From Opitutia bacterium (lineage in GTDB: Bacteria > Verrucomicrobiota > Verrucomicrobiia > Opitutales > Opitutaceae): a stretch of 64,000 nucleotides of DNA. Both the position numbers and the translations under genes were made by a program. The notes beneath the pieces were generated by a model, which was not told the DNA's origin, did no database searches, and was given only the letters and a program-made list of their open reading frames with translations. Within the stretch, counting starts at the first letter, position 1; each line of letters starts with the position of its first letter. Shown here one piece after another: positions 19,862 through 29,175 of this stretch. The DNA lies in assembly GCA_947478395.1 (NCBI GenBank), contig CANJVR010000008.1, positions 49,285 to 113,284 on the forward strand. Reading direction: 5' to 3'.

Positions 19862-20851
19862 CTAACGCCGGTAAACGACGGCGAGTTTTTTGATGGTTTC
19901 TTGGATGCTGTGCCGCAGTTCGGCTGGTGCGACCACTTCGGCCGACGCACCCCAACCGAGCACCCATTGTTCGATCTCGGTGAGCGCGCCGAGGCGCAGG
20001 TGCAGTTCTAGCCCGCCGCCCGGCAAATCGTGCATTTCCTGCGACTCGTGCCATTCGCGTTCGCGCACGCGTTCGGCGGCCGCGGCCGTGAAACGAATCG
20101 CCACGCGCCAGTCGCCGCGTCCCCCGAGCACGCCGAGGGCAGTGGCGAAAAATTTCTCCGGCGAGAAATCCGCCGGCCGCGTGAACTCCTCTTTGGTGTC
20201 GGCGACGTCGACGATGCGCGGCAGCGCAAACGTGCGCAGCGCCGCCCGCTCCAGGTCAAAGCCGATGAGATACCACAGATTTTCACGATGCGCCAAATGG
20301 TAGGGTTGTACCCGACGCGTGGATTTTTTCGGATCGCCGGGTTTACGATACGCAAACGTCACGACCGTCTGACGGAGCACGGCACTGCTGAGGGCGTTGA
20401 AGATCGCGAGGTCGGTTTTACCCAGCCCGATGTTTTTGAAAGAAACGGCCCGCAACTCGTCGGCTGGCGAAAATGAGATCCGGTCTTTCAACCCGCCCGC
20501 AAGTTTCTCGAAGGCGATCTCCAACTGCCGGTGAAATGGCGTGCCGCGGTATTGCTCCAGTGCGCGCTGGGCGACGAGCAAAGCGAGCAGTTCGCCCTCG
20601 GTCACATGGATCGTGGGAAAGGAGTTTACCGGCTGCGTATATCGGTACGCCTGAATCTGCGCGTCGAACTCGATGGGCAAATCGAGGCGGTCGCGCATGA
20701 ACGCGATATCGCGCACAATCGTCTTCCGCGAAACCTCCAGCGCCTTCACCAGCTTCGTGCAATTGACGAGGGCGCCGCGGCGCAGTTCGTCGTGGATCTT
20801 CATCATCCGCTCGAGCGGTGGGCGGGAAAGTTGGACGGGACGCAAGGGCAT
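19862..20851 (-). CDS. HTH-WYL-WCX transcriptional regulator (YafY/PafB-like)
   Basis: N-terminal wHTH (LEVSRKTIVRDI); LWYLIG...LRTFALPRI WYL domain; WVLGWG..AEVVAP.ELR WCX domain. Confidence 0.92.
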   Translation of the reverse strand: MPLRPVQLSRPPLERMMKIHDELRRGALVNCTKLVKALEVSRKTIVRDIAFMRDRLDLPIEFDAQIQAYRYTQPVNSFPTIHVTEGELLALLVAQRALEQYRGTPFHRQLEIAFEKLAGGLKDRISFSPADELRAVSFKNIGLGKTDLAIFNALSSAVLRQTVVTFAYRKPGDPKKSTRRVQPYHLAHRENLWYLIGFDLERAALRTFALPRIVDVADTKEEFTRPADFSPEKFFATALGVLGGRGDWRVAIRFTAAAAERVREREWHESQEMHDLPGGGLELHLRLGALTEIEQWVLGWGASAEVVAPAELRHSIQETIKKLAVVYRR

Positions 20852-20890
20852 GGGAAATTTCGAACCGATTTTTTAGCCTGGGCCAAGCAA

Positions 20891-20913
20891 TGTCCCACCC
20901 GGAGGCGTAAATT
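20891..20913 (+). promoter_or_regulatory. Candidate WYL-activated promoter (TGTCCC-N11-TAAATT), leaderless
   Basis: -10-like TAAATT ends 6 nt before ATG 20920; the upstream TGTC box resembles the PafBC-type motif but spacing differs by 1 nt. Confidence 0.35.
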
Positions 20914-20919
20914 GTACGC

Positions 20920-21555
20920 ATGAACTCATCCTTCTCCCTTCGCCCTCGCAAGAAATGCCTCGTGCCTATCGCGCTCACCTGGTCGCACTCCGGGATCGCT
21001 TATCGCGTCACGCCCTGGCCCGAGGTTCGCTTCGAGCGCCTTTTCGGCCGCGACTGGATCGAAACCACACCGACAGAGGATGTCTTTGCATCGGCCGGCC
21101 ATGTCTGCGGCCCGCTGGAATGGAAGCCGTACCTGGAGTTCGTGCCGGCGAACGTCCGGGAGTTTCTCGCGCAGTTCGTCTACACGAAAATGGAAGCGCT
21201 CCAGGTCGTTGCCCGCTGCCCCGAATTGCTCGCCCCTTTGACGGAAACGCCGGCGTTGACGTCGTTCATCGCCGGCCACGCCGGACTCCGCGGCGCCGCC
21301 GCGCCGTGCTGGGGCGAAATCAACGCGGTCTACGAACGCAACGGCGTCTTCGGCCTGCTCGAGTGGCTGGGCCTCGCCGCCTCACGCCAGACGCTCTCGA
21401 TCCTGCATAATATCGTCCAGGCCGAAGTGCCAAAACGGCTGCTCGAGCCGCTGCGTGCGATGCTGTGGGACCCACACACGATTTTCGCGCTGCAACGGCT
21501 CCCGGCCATAACCGATCAAACGCTCACGCGCACGGCGCACGCTCTGGCCGCGTAA
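20920..21555 (+). CDS. Hypothetical protein divergent from the WYL regulator
   Basis: 211-aa ORF with protein-like composition; 68-bp divergent intergenic; C-terminus ALAA. Confidence 0.75.
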   Translation: MNSSFSLRPRKKCLVPIALTWSHSGIAYRVTPWPEVRFERLFGRDWIETTPTEDVFASAGHVCGPLEWKPYLEFVPANVREFLAQFVYTKMEALQVVARCPELLAPLTETPALTSFIAGHAGLRGAAAPCWGEINAVYERNGVFGLLEWLGLAASRQTLSILHNIVQAEVPKRLLEPLRAMLWDPHTIFALQRLPAITDQTLTRTAHALAA

Positions 21556-21748
21556 CCCAACGCCGCCGCCATCTTTCGTGGCGGCGCGTTCGCCGTGGAG
21601 ACGGCGCAGAGGTTGGCGGACGGCTAGGTCGTGGACGGAAGCGAACGTCCGCAGAAACCGTCCGAGCTATTCCCCTGTGGCGGGAGAGGCGTCCGAGATT
21701 CCGTTTGCCGAGGCGTCGGGCGCGGCCCAAGGTGCGCGGTTCCGTTCC

Positions 21749-23233
21749 ATGAGCGACCTCCACTCCGACATCAGCCACGATCAAAACGCCGTGCGCCGGC
21801 AGAAACTCGCCGAAATGCGCGCCGCCGGCGTGGATCCGTTTCGCGCGAGCTTCACGACCACGCACTTTTCGGCCGAAGCGCTCAAAGCCCACGTCGACGG
21901 CCAGGATAACGCCGTCTCGGTCGCCGTGGCCGGCCGGCTCGTGACGATCCGCGACATGGGCAAGAGCCAGTTCGTGAAGATCCTGGATCAGCAGGGCCAG
22001 ATTCAGCTTTACGTGAAGAAAGACGTGATCGGAGACGACGCCTACGCGGCGTTTAAGAAACTCGATCTCGGCGATATTCTCGGCGCGAAGGGCACGCTCT
22101 TCAAAACCAAGACCGGTGAAGTCACGGTGCGCGTGGAAAGTTACACGCTCGTGGCCAAGGCGCTGCGGCCGCTGCCGGAAAAATGGCACGGCCTGAGCGA
22201 TGCCGAGCAAGTCTATCGTCAGCGTTACCTCGATCTCATCGTGAATGCCGAGTCGCGCGCGCGGCTCATGCTGCGTTCCCGCGTGGTCTCGCACATCCGC
22301 CGCTTTTTGGAAGCGCAGCAATTCATCGAGGTCGAAACGCCGGTGTTGGAAAACACCGCGGGCGGCGCCGCCGCGCGGCCGTTCGTGACGCATCACAACG
22401 CGCTCAACGTCGATTTTTTCCTGCGCATCGCGACCGAGCTGCGGCTGAAGCGCCTGCTCGTAGGCGGTTTCGACCGCGTCTTCGAGATCGGCCGGATTTT
22501 CCGCAACGAAGGCGTTTCGCGGAAGCACAACCCGGAGTTCACCATGCTCGAGGTTTACCAAGCCTACAGCGATCACCGCGGCATGATGACGTTGATCAAG
22601 GACATGCTGACGACGCTCGTCCGCGAGGTCGTTCGCCCCGCCGACGGCTCCCTCAAGATCAAGCACGCGGCCAGCGGACAGGAGATCGATTTCGGCGGCG
22701 AATGGCGCGAGGTGAACTACAAGGACCTCATTTGCACCGCGACCGGCGATCCGGAGTGGTTCGCCCGCAGCAAAGCGGAGAAAATCGCCGGCGCGGAAAA
22801 ACTCGGCCTTTCGATTCATCCCGCTTGGGAAGAGTTCGAAATCACCAACGAAATTTTTTCCAAGAAAATCGAGCCGACGCTGATCCAGCCGACCTTCGTA
22901 CTGAAACTGCCGAAGGAATTGTGCCCGCTGGCGAAGCTCAACGCCGAAGATCCCACGGTGCTCGATGTGTTCGAGCTCACCATCGGTGGCATGGAAGTCG
23001 CGCCGGCTTACTCGGAGCAAAACGATCCCGATGTGCAGCGCACGATGTTCGAATCCCAGGCGGGCGAGGAAAAGCAAAACATCGACCAGGATTTCCTGCT
23101 CGCACTGGAACACGGCATGCCGCCGGCCGGTGGCATGGGCGTGGGCATCGACCGCTTGTGCATCCTGCTGACCGGCGCGGAAAGCATCCGCGATGTGATC
23201 CTGTTTCCGCAGCTCAGACCCGGGGCCGTCTGA
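21749..23233 (+). CDS. lysS: Lysine--tRNA ligase (class II)
   Basis: YRQRYLDLI; GGAAARPF; FRNEG...HNPEFT; GMPPAGGMGVGIDRL; start taken at MSDLHS. Confidence 0.97.
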   Translation: MSDLHSDISHDQNAVRRQKLAEMRAAGVDPFRASFTTTHFSAEALKAHVDGQDNAVSVAVAGRLVTIRDMGKSQFVKILDQQGQIQLYVKKDVIGDDAYAAFKKLDLGDILGAKGTLFKTKTGEVTVRVESYTLVAKALRPLPEKWHGLSDAEQVYRQRYLDLIVNAESRARLMLRSRVVSHIRRFLEAQQFIEVETPVLENTAGGAAARPFVTHHNALNVDFFLRIATELRLKRLLVGGFDRVFEIGRIFRNEGVSRKHNPEFTMLEVYQAYSDHRGMMTLIKDMLTTLVREVVRPADGSLKIKHAASGQEIDFGGEWREVNYKDLICTATGDPEWFARSKAEKIAGAEKLGLSIHPAWEEFEITNEIFSKKIEPTLIQPTFVLKLPKELCPLAKLNAEDPTVLDVFELTIGGMEVAPAYSEQNDPDVQRTMFESQAGEEKQNIDQDFLLALEHGMPPAGGMGVGIDRLCILLTGAESIRDVILFPQLRPGAV

Positions 23234-23235
23234 GG

Positions 23236-23320
23236 GTTTAAGTGAGAAGTTGAAGTTTAAAGGCTGTCTGACGAAACGGGAAAACAGCATCCGCACTTCA
23301 ACTTAAACTTCTGATTTCAA
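23236..23320. repeat. Inverted pair of degenerate heptamer repeats
   Basis: GTTTAAGTGAGAAGTTGAAGTTTAA faces CACTTCAACTTAAACTTC. Confidence 0.5.
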
Positions 23321-23330
23321 CTGGTCGTCC

Positions 23331-24566
23331 ATGCCCTGGTATCTCTACCTCGCCCTGAAACAGCTTTTCCCGACGGGAAAGAAGTTTCCGTTTTTCACGG
23401 CGATCTCGGTGCTCGGCGTGGCGTTGGGCGTGGCGCTGCTCGTGATTTCAACGAGTGTGATGGGAGGCTTCGGCCACCAGTACCGGCGCATGATCGTGGA
23501 CACGCAGGGCGACGTCCAGGTGCGGGCGCGCGGTTTTATCAACGACGCGGCGGGCTTGCAGGCGCGGCTGGCAGCGGTGCCCGGCGTGGTGGCGACGACG
23601 CCATTTGCGGAAGGTGTGACCGGCTTGATCCACGAGGGCCGGCCGGCTTATCCCGCGATGCAGGGCATCGACGTGAATCGCATCAACAAGGTGGTTCCGA
23701 TTGCGAAGTATGTCGTCGTTGGGTCGCTCGACGATCTCGACGATGATTCCATCATCCTGAGTTATCAGCTCGCGCTTTCCATCGGTGCGCACGTCGGCGA
23801 CAAGGTCGAAGTCTATTCGCCACTGCTGTTGGAAAAGTTGAACCACGACGAAATCCTGTTGCCGCGCCAATTCCGGGTGGCGGGGATTTTCCAGATCGGA
23901 CACCAGCAGCTCGACAGTTCCCTCGTGCTGGTGACGTTGCGTGCGATGCAGGAACTCTACGGGCTCGGCGCTGCGGTGCACGGCATCAACGTAAAAATTG
24001 CCCCCGGCCTCGATGCGGACGATGTGGCCGCGCGCATCAACGCGGCCTTGCCGCCCGAAGCCGGTGCCACCGCGCGTTCGTGGATGGATACGAACCAGGA
24101 ATTCCTCTTCGTGCTCCAGCTGGAGAAGAACATGATCTTTTTTCTGCTCACGTTCATCACGATTGTCGCGGCGTTTTCGGTCACGAGTTCGCTGTTGATT
24201 TCGGTCGTGCGAAAAACCCGGGAAATCGGATTGCTCGGCGCGCTCGGCGGCCAGCCCAGGCAAGTGGCGGCGTGTTTTTGTTTTCAGGGCCTGCTCATCG
24301 GCACGGCTGGGACAGTCGCCGGGCTCATCCTCGGCTTCGTCCTGCTTTTTTTCCGCAACGGCATCGTGCACGTTTTCACGTCGCTGACCGCGAGTGAGGC
24401 GGTGCTCGCGCGATTCTATCAGTTCAGCGAGTTGCCGCGGTACACGTCTTCGAGCGACGTGATCACGATCGTGACGGTTTCGATCGTCATCTCGACGCTG
24501 GCTGGTCTGCTGCCCGCGTGGCGGGCGGCCCGACTTAAACCCGTGGAGGCGCTACGCAGTGAATAA
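23331..24566 (+). CDS. lolC: Lipoprotein-releasing ABC transporter permease LolC/E
   Basis: ISVLGVALGVALLV..SVMGGF; KTREIGLL.ALG; PAWRAARLKPVEALRSE. Confidence 0.88.
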   Translation: MPWYLYLALKQLFPTGKKFPFFTAISVLGVALGVALLVISTSVMGGFGHQYRRMIVDTQGDVQVRARGFINDAAGLQARLAAVPGVVATTPFAEGVTGLIHEGRPAYPAMQGIDVNRINKVVPIAKYVVVGSLDDLDDDSIILSYQLALSIGAHVGDKVEVYSPLLLEKLNHDEILLPRQFRVAGIFQIGHQQLDSSLVLVTLRAMQELYGLGAAVHGINVKIAPGLDADDVAARINAALPPEAGATARSWMDTNQEFLFVLQLEKNMIFFLLTFITIVAAFSVTSSLLISVVRKTREIGLLGALGGQPRQVAACFCFQGLLIGTAGTVAGLILGFVLLFFRNGIVHVFTSLTASEAVLARFYQFSELPRYTSSSDVITIVTVSIVISTLAGLLPAWRAARLKPVEALRSE

Positions 24567-25248
24567 CGCCGTGCTCACCGCGCGCGCCTTGCGCAAAAGC
24601 TACCTGAGCGGCGACCGTCGCATCGAGGTTCTCGGCGGGGTCGATCTCGATGTCGCGGCCGGCGAGAGCGTGAGCATCCGCGGCGAATCCGGCTCCGGAA
24701 AATCCACGCTGCTCCACCTCCTGGCGGGCCTCGACACCCCCGATAGTGGCACGCTGACTTGGGCCGGCTCCCCCGATACCGGCACGGCGCGGCGGGGCGC
24801 GTTTCTCGGGATGGTGTTTCAATCATTTTATCTCATCCCCGAACTCAACGCGCGGGAAAACGTCCTGATGTCGCGCCGCGTGGTCAGTCGGATCGACGCC
24901 GCCGCGCGGGCGCGCGCGGACGAACTGCTCGGGCGCGTTGGCTTGCTCGAACGGGCGACGCATCTTCCGACCCAACTTTCCGGCGGGGAACGTCAACGCG
25001 TCGCGGTGGCGCGGGCGTTGATGAATTCTCCTGCACTGCTCCTCGCCGATGAGCCGACGGGTAATCTCGACGAGCGTACGGGAGATTCGATCGTCGAGCT
25101 TTTGCTGTCGCTCTGTCGCGAACTGCAAACGGCGCTTGTGCTCGTGACGCACAACGCCGCCCACGCGCAGAAAACCAGCCGTCAGCTCTTGTTGCGTGGC
25201 GGGAGCTTCGCTCGGGTTTCGGATGAGTGGCCACGTTCCGGATCCTGA
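24559..25248 (+). CDS. lolD: Lipoprotein-releasing ABC transporter ATP-binding protein
   Basis: GESGSGKST; LSGGERQRVAVARAL; DEPTGNLD; adjacent to lolC/E. Confidence 0.88.
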   Translation: MNNAVLTARALRKSYLSGDRRIEVLGGVDLDVAAGESVSIRGESGSGKSTLLHLLAGLDTPDSGTLTWAGSPDTGTARRGAFLGMVFQSFYLIPELNARENVLMSRRVVSRIDAAARARADELLGRVGLLERATHLPTQLSGGERQRVAVARALMNSPALLLADEPTGNLDERTGDSIVELLLSLCRELQTALVLVTHNAAHAQKTSRQLLLRGGSFARVSDEWPRSGS

Positions 25249-25257
25249 GTTCCGGCC

Positions 25258-25353
25258 GCTGAGTTTTTGGGTTCAGGGTTGAGTTATGGGTGAAACGCCC
25301 CGCTGATTTCCGGGTATGGCCTTCCTCGGAATCCGAAACTCGAAACCCGAAAC
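25258..25353. repeat. Inverted heptamer-repeat element
   Basis: CTGAGTTTTTGGGTTCAGGGTTGAGTT faces AATCCGAAACTCGAAACCCGAAAC; shares a 17-mer with the rsmB insertion. Confidence 0.6.
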
Positions 25354-25363
25354 GGCTGCGCGC

Positions 25364-26332
25364 ATGCGCTGCGGCGTCGCCGGGGTCGGCTCGCTGGGCC
25401 AGCATCATGCCCGCATCTACGCTTCGCTGCCGGGCGTGGAACTGGCGGGCATCTACGAGACCAACGATGCCCGCGCCGCCGAGATTTGCGCGAAGTTCAA
25501 CTGCCGCCGTTTCGCCACGCTCGAAGAACTCGGCGAGGGTTGCGATGCGGTCTCTGTGGTGGTGCCAACCGATCTGCACGCCAAAGTGGCGCTGCCGTTG
25601 CTCGCCCGTAAAACCCATCTCCTGATCGAGAAGCCGCTCTGCGCCTCGCTCGAAGAGGCTGAGCAAGTCCTGGCCGCGGCGCGCGAGCATGGCTGTCTCG
25701 TCCAAGTCGGGCACATCGAACATTTCAATCCCGTGATGGCCTTCCTCGAAAAGGAAGTGAACCATCCGCAGTACATCACGGCGGAGCGGCTCGCCCCGTA
25801 TCAGCCGCGAGGCACAGAGGTCGGGGTCGTGCTTGACCTGATGATTCACGACATCGGCATCGTGCTCGCGCTGGTGAAATCGCCCATCGCGCGCATCGAT
25901 AGCGTCGGAGTCAGCGTGCTGTCGAAAACCGAAGACATCGCCAACGCCCGCCTGCAATTCGAGAACGGCTGCGTCGCCAACCTCAGCGCCAGCCGCATGA
26001 GCTTGAAGAAGGCGCGCGAGATCCGCGTCTTTCAGGACAACGCCTATCTCTCGCTCGATTTCATGGGTCAGGCCGGGCACCTCGTGAAGAAGAGCGAGAT
26101 CATCGCCTACGGGTTAAAAATGAAAATCGGCCTGGTGAAGGCGGGCGATGTGAGTTCGATCCCGGTGCAGGAAATTCCCATCGAGAAGGGCGAGCCGCTG
26201 GCGCTGGAGCTCGCGTCTTTCGTCGATAGCGTGAAGCGCGCGCAGCAACCGAAGGTCGGCGCGGCTCTCGGTAAATCCGCGCTCGAAGTGGCGATCACAA
26301 TCACGGAGCAGATTCGCGCCGCGAAACGGTGA
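25364..26332 (+). CDS. Gfo/Idh/MocA oxidoreductase (GnnA-like)
   Basis: GVGSLG Rossmann; LIEKP; VGHIEHFNP; DLMIHD; directly upstream of lpxB. The upstream ATG at 25316 would read through a repeat element. Confidence 0.85.
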   Translation: MRCGVAGVGSLGQHHARIYASLPGVELAGIYETNDARAAEICAKFNCRRFATLEELGEGCDAVSVVVPTDLHAKVALPLLARKTHLLIEKPLCASLEEAEQVLAAAREHGCLVQVGHIEHFNPVMAFLEKEVNHPQYITAERLAPYQPRGTEVGVVLDLMIHDIGIVLALVKSPIARIDSVGVSVLSKTEDIANARLQFENGCVANLSASRMSLKKAREIRVFQDNAYLSLDFMGQAGHLVKKSEIIAYGLKMKIGLVKAGDVSSIPVQEIPIEKGEPLALELASFVDSVKRAQQPKVGAALGKSALEVAITITEQIRAAKR

Positions 26333-26408
26333 AGACCATGCGATCAGCCGGCAGTGCGGATGCCCTCGTCCGCCCGGGGCGAATTCAGCCGGGGGCGGCC
26401 GCACGCGC

Positions 26409-27572
26409 ATGACGACTTTCCGCCTGACAGCGCCCACCGCCGGCCGCGTGGATTTGCTCGTCATCGCCGGTGAACATTCCGGCGACGAACACGCGGCGCG
26501 CGCGATCCGCGAACTGCGCGTTGCCCAACCCGGTCTGGCCATCGTCGCGCTCGGCGGGCCGCAAATCGCCGCCGCGGGCGCCCAGCTTTTGCACGACCTC
26601 ACGGCTTCGTCCGTCGTTGGCCTCGTGGAGGTGCTGAAGAATTATTCTTTTTTCCGCGCGTTGCTCGATGAAATCCTGCGCTGGATCGGCGAGCACCGGC
26701 CGCGCGCGGTGTTGTTGGTCGATTATCCCGGTTTGAATCTCCGGATTGCCGCCGCGCTGCGCGAACGCGGGCTCTCGGTTAAAGGCGGCGGCAATATCAA
26801 ACTGCTGTACTATATTTCGCCGCAGATTTGGGCGTGGAAGGCGAAGCGCCGTTTCACGATGGCCCGCGATCTCGACGGGCTCGCCGTGATTTTCCCGTTC
26901 GAAGTGAAATGCTACGCGGACACCCCGCTGCCGGTGGAATTCGTCGGTCATCCGTTTCTCGCGCCCGACTATGCGAGTCCCGTACGCTACGATCCCGCGG
27001 GGCCGATCCTGCTGTTGCCCGGCAGCCGGCGTCAGGCCGTGGGACGAATTTTCCCCATGCTCCTCGCGGGTTTCGCTCAATTTCACCGCGACGTTACCGA
27101 GCGATCGGCGACCGTGCTTTATCCGAGCGACGACATCTTGGCTGTGCTGCGTTCGCTCAACCCGCCCCGTTCCGTTGAACTCCGTCCCGGCGGGACGCCG
27201 GTCGCGGCGTCGGCGGTGCTGACATCGAGCGGAACCATGTCGATGCACTGCGCCCTCGCGGGCATCCCGGGTGCGGTCGTTTATCGGGCGAATCCGCTCA
27301 CTTATTGGCTCGGCCGCTGGCTGGTGAAGGTGCCGTATCTCGGGATCGCAAACCTGCTGTTGGGCGAGCCGATGTATCCCGAATACATTCAAGACGCGGC
27401 GACGCCCGATGCGCTGGCCGCGGAATTGCGGGCCAGCCTCGACCAGCCGGCTCGTCGGGCCGAAACCGCGCGTCAGGCGGCAAGGTTACGCGCCCTGCTG
27501 GGGCGTGCGGAGGGCGGAACGATGGCGGATTGGCTGGGCCGGCAGCTGGATGGATCCGGCCGCCCGTGTTAA
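26409..27572 (+). CDS. lpxB: Lipid-A-disaccharide synthase
   Basis: AGEHSGD; VDYPGLNLR; YISPQIWAWK; FVGHP; LPGSR; SGT. Confidence 0.93.
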   Translation: MTTFRLTAPTAGRVDLLVIAGEHSGDEHAARAIRELRVAQPGLAIVALGGPQIAAAGAQLLHDLTASSVVGLVEVLKNYSFFRALLDEILRWIGEHRPRAVLLVDYPGLNLRIAAALRERGLSVKGGGNIKLLYYISPQIWAWKAKRRFTMARDLDGLAVIFPFEVKCYADTPLPVEFVGHPFLAPDYASPVRYDPAGPILLLPGSRRQAVGRIFPMLLAGFAQFHRDVTERSATVLYPSDDILAVLRSLNPPRSVELRPGGTPVAASAVLTSSGTMSMHCALAGIPGAVVYRANPLTYWLGRWLVKVPYLGIANLLLGEPMYPEYIQDAATPDALAAELRASLDQPARRAETARQAARLRALLGRAEGGTMADWLGRQLDGSGRPC

Positions 27573-27721
27573 TTGAGTTGGCGTGAAAGCCCGGCGATTG
27601 ACGGGATCGTATGCGATGCCTGTCGCGGTACGCTCCCCGACTTCTCCGGGTTCGTAGTCGCACGCTCCCTGGGCTCGCACGGGTGGTCCGGCGTGGGCGC
27701 GTCCCTGTTCCGGGCGTGGCG

Positions 27722-28067
27722 ATGCTGCGCAAGCTGGGCTATCGGAGGGACGCCGTGGCGAACGGACTCGAGTTGATCGATGCGCCGCGGCGCCAAGCCT
27801 GCGACATCATCCTGATGGATCTGCGACTGACCGAGACGGATGGACGGGAGGCGCACCGGCGATTCGCGCGAGCTAGGCTGGCTTAACCGGAGCTACCGTG
27901 AATCGAGGCGCCGACGACGTACGCGATGCAAGGCGACGGGGAACTCTGTTTGGCCGGCTGGTACGGACAACTACATCAAAAAGGTACCGAAGCTCGATGA
28001 ACTCGTCGCTGCGTTCCCCGCGGATGAAGCACCCGAAGGGCTGAACACGCGTGCGGTCGTCGGGTAG
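27722..28067 (+). pseudogene. Frameshifted remnant of a CheY-like receiver domain (hybrid-kinase type)
   Basis: Three frames give MLRKLGY..DAVANGLE...DIILMDLRLTETDG, IEAPTTYAMQGDGELCLA and GTDNYIKKVPKLDEL, matching the receiver consensus. Confidence 0.75.
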
Positions 28068-28077
28068 AGCGGTGGGT

Positions 28078-29175
28078 TCAGCGCGTAACGCGGGGTGACG
28101 GCACCCCGCCTCCATCAGAATCGATTTCAGTCGCTCTTATTTTGAGCGTCGCGATCTGAGGCTCGACCTGCCGCCAAAGGGCCTCGGCTTTCGCCGTCAG
28201 AATCTCACGCGCGTGTGAAACTTCAGCTGCGCGCGCCGCGCGGTTTTGCTCCGCGATCTTGGCGAGATCGTCGAGGTTGTAGAGAAACACGTTTTCGATT
28301 TCTGCCACGCCCGTCTCGATGTCGCGGGGCAGGGCCAGATCGATGCAGAGCAATGGCCGCGTCGGACGGCGGCGCATCGCGGCGGCGACGGCGCCGGTCA
28401 GCACCACGGCGTCGGGCGCCGCGGTCGAGCCGACCACGATGTCGAATTCAGCGAGGCGCGCTTCATGTTGCCCAAACGGCAGCGCGCTCGCGCCGAGCTG
28501 CGTGGCGAGCTCCATCGCGCGTTCGAGCCGTCGGCTGGCGACGGTGAGCGTGGCCGCGCCGCGGCTTTGAAACGCCTTGGCGGTCTTTTCGCCGATGTCA
28601 CCGGCACCAAGCAGGAGAACGTGCGCTTGGGCGAGATCGCCAAAAATGTTGAGCGCGAGATCGACGGCCACGTTGGCCACGCTGACTTGTCCCGCGGTGA
28701 TGGCAGTGTGGGTACGCACATGCTTCGCGGCCTGAAATGCTTTTTGGAAAACACGGTTGAGCACCGGTCCGGTGGCACCGCGGGCCTGGGCTGACGCGTA
28801 GGCGGCCTTCACCTGCCCGAAGATTTCCGTCTCGCCGAGCATTTGCGAGTCGAGTCCAGCGGCCACTTCGAGGAGGTGGCGGACGGCCTCGAGACCGCCG
28901 AGGCTCAGGCGGAAGGCCGCAAATTCATCCCGGGAAAATTTTTGCCGTGCGCAGAAGGCTGCCTCCACGTGGGCGACGTGCGCAGGGGCGTCGGCCACAC
29001 CGTAAAACTCGACGCGATTGCAGGTGTTGAGCACCGCGAGTTCGCGCACGCCCGCGGCGGCGAGCTCGGCATGGAGCGCGGCCACCCCGGCGTCGTCGAG
29101 CGCGAGCTTTTCCCTCACGGCCAGCGGCGCGCGATGGTGGGTGGCGCCCAGCAGAAAAAATCCGGCGGTACTCAT
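28078..29175 (-). CDS. hemA: Glutamyl-tRNA reductase (short, no obvious C-terminal dimerisation domain)
   Basis: TCNRVE catalytic Cys; GLDSQMLGETEIFGQVK; GAGDIG; DLALPRD. Confidence 0.95.
   Translation of the reverse strand: MSTAGFFLLGATHHRAPLAVREKLALDDAGVAALHAELAAAGVRELAVLNTCNRVEFYGVADAPAHVAHVEAAFCARQKFSRDEFAAFRLSLGGLEAVRHLLEVAAGLDSQMLGETEIFGQVKAAYASAQARGATGPVLNRVFQKAFQAAKHVRTHTAITAGQVSVANVAVDLALNIFGDLAQAHVLLLGAGDIGEKTAKAFQSRGAATLTVASRRLERAMELATQLGASALPFGQHEARLAEFDIVVGSTAAPDAVVLTGAVAAAMRRRPTRPLLCIDLALPRDIETGVAEIENVFLYNLDDLAKIAEQNRAARAAEVSHAREILTAKAEALWRQVEPQIATLKIRATEIDSDGGGVPSPRVTR
28090..28116. repeat. REP-like palindrome (family 2) inside the hemA 3' end
   Basis: GCGGGGTGACGGCACCCCGCCTCCATC; same family as 31590-31667. 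Confidence 0.6.

Noticed and set aside
19862..20851. WYL gene as marker of a defence island (BREX/CBASS/CRISPR)
   Set aside because: Neighbours are lipB and lysS; no defence genes nearby, so a DNA-damage role is more plausible.
21524..23296. 590-aa antisense ORF, and similar long shadows (31936-33012, 36220-37722, 59435-61558, 61471-63105)
   Set aside because: Antisense to well-supported genes; expected in high-GC DNA; no motifs.
25316..25363. N-terminal extension MAFLGIRNSKPETAAR of the oxidoreductase
   Set aside because: Encoded by a heptamer repeat; ATG 25364 fits the Rossmann-fold start better.
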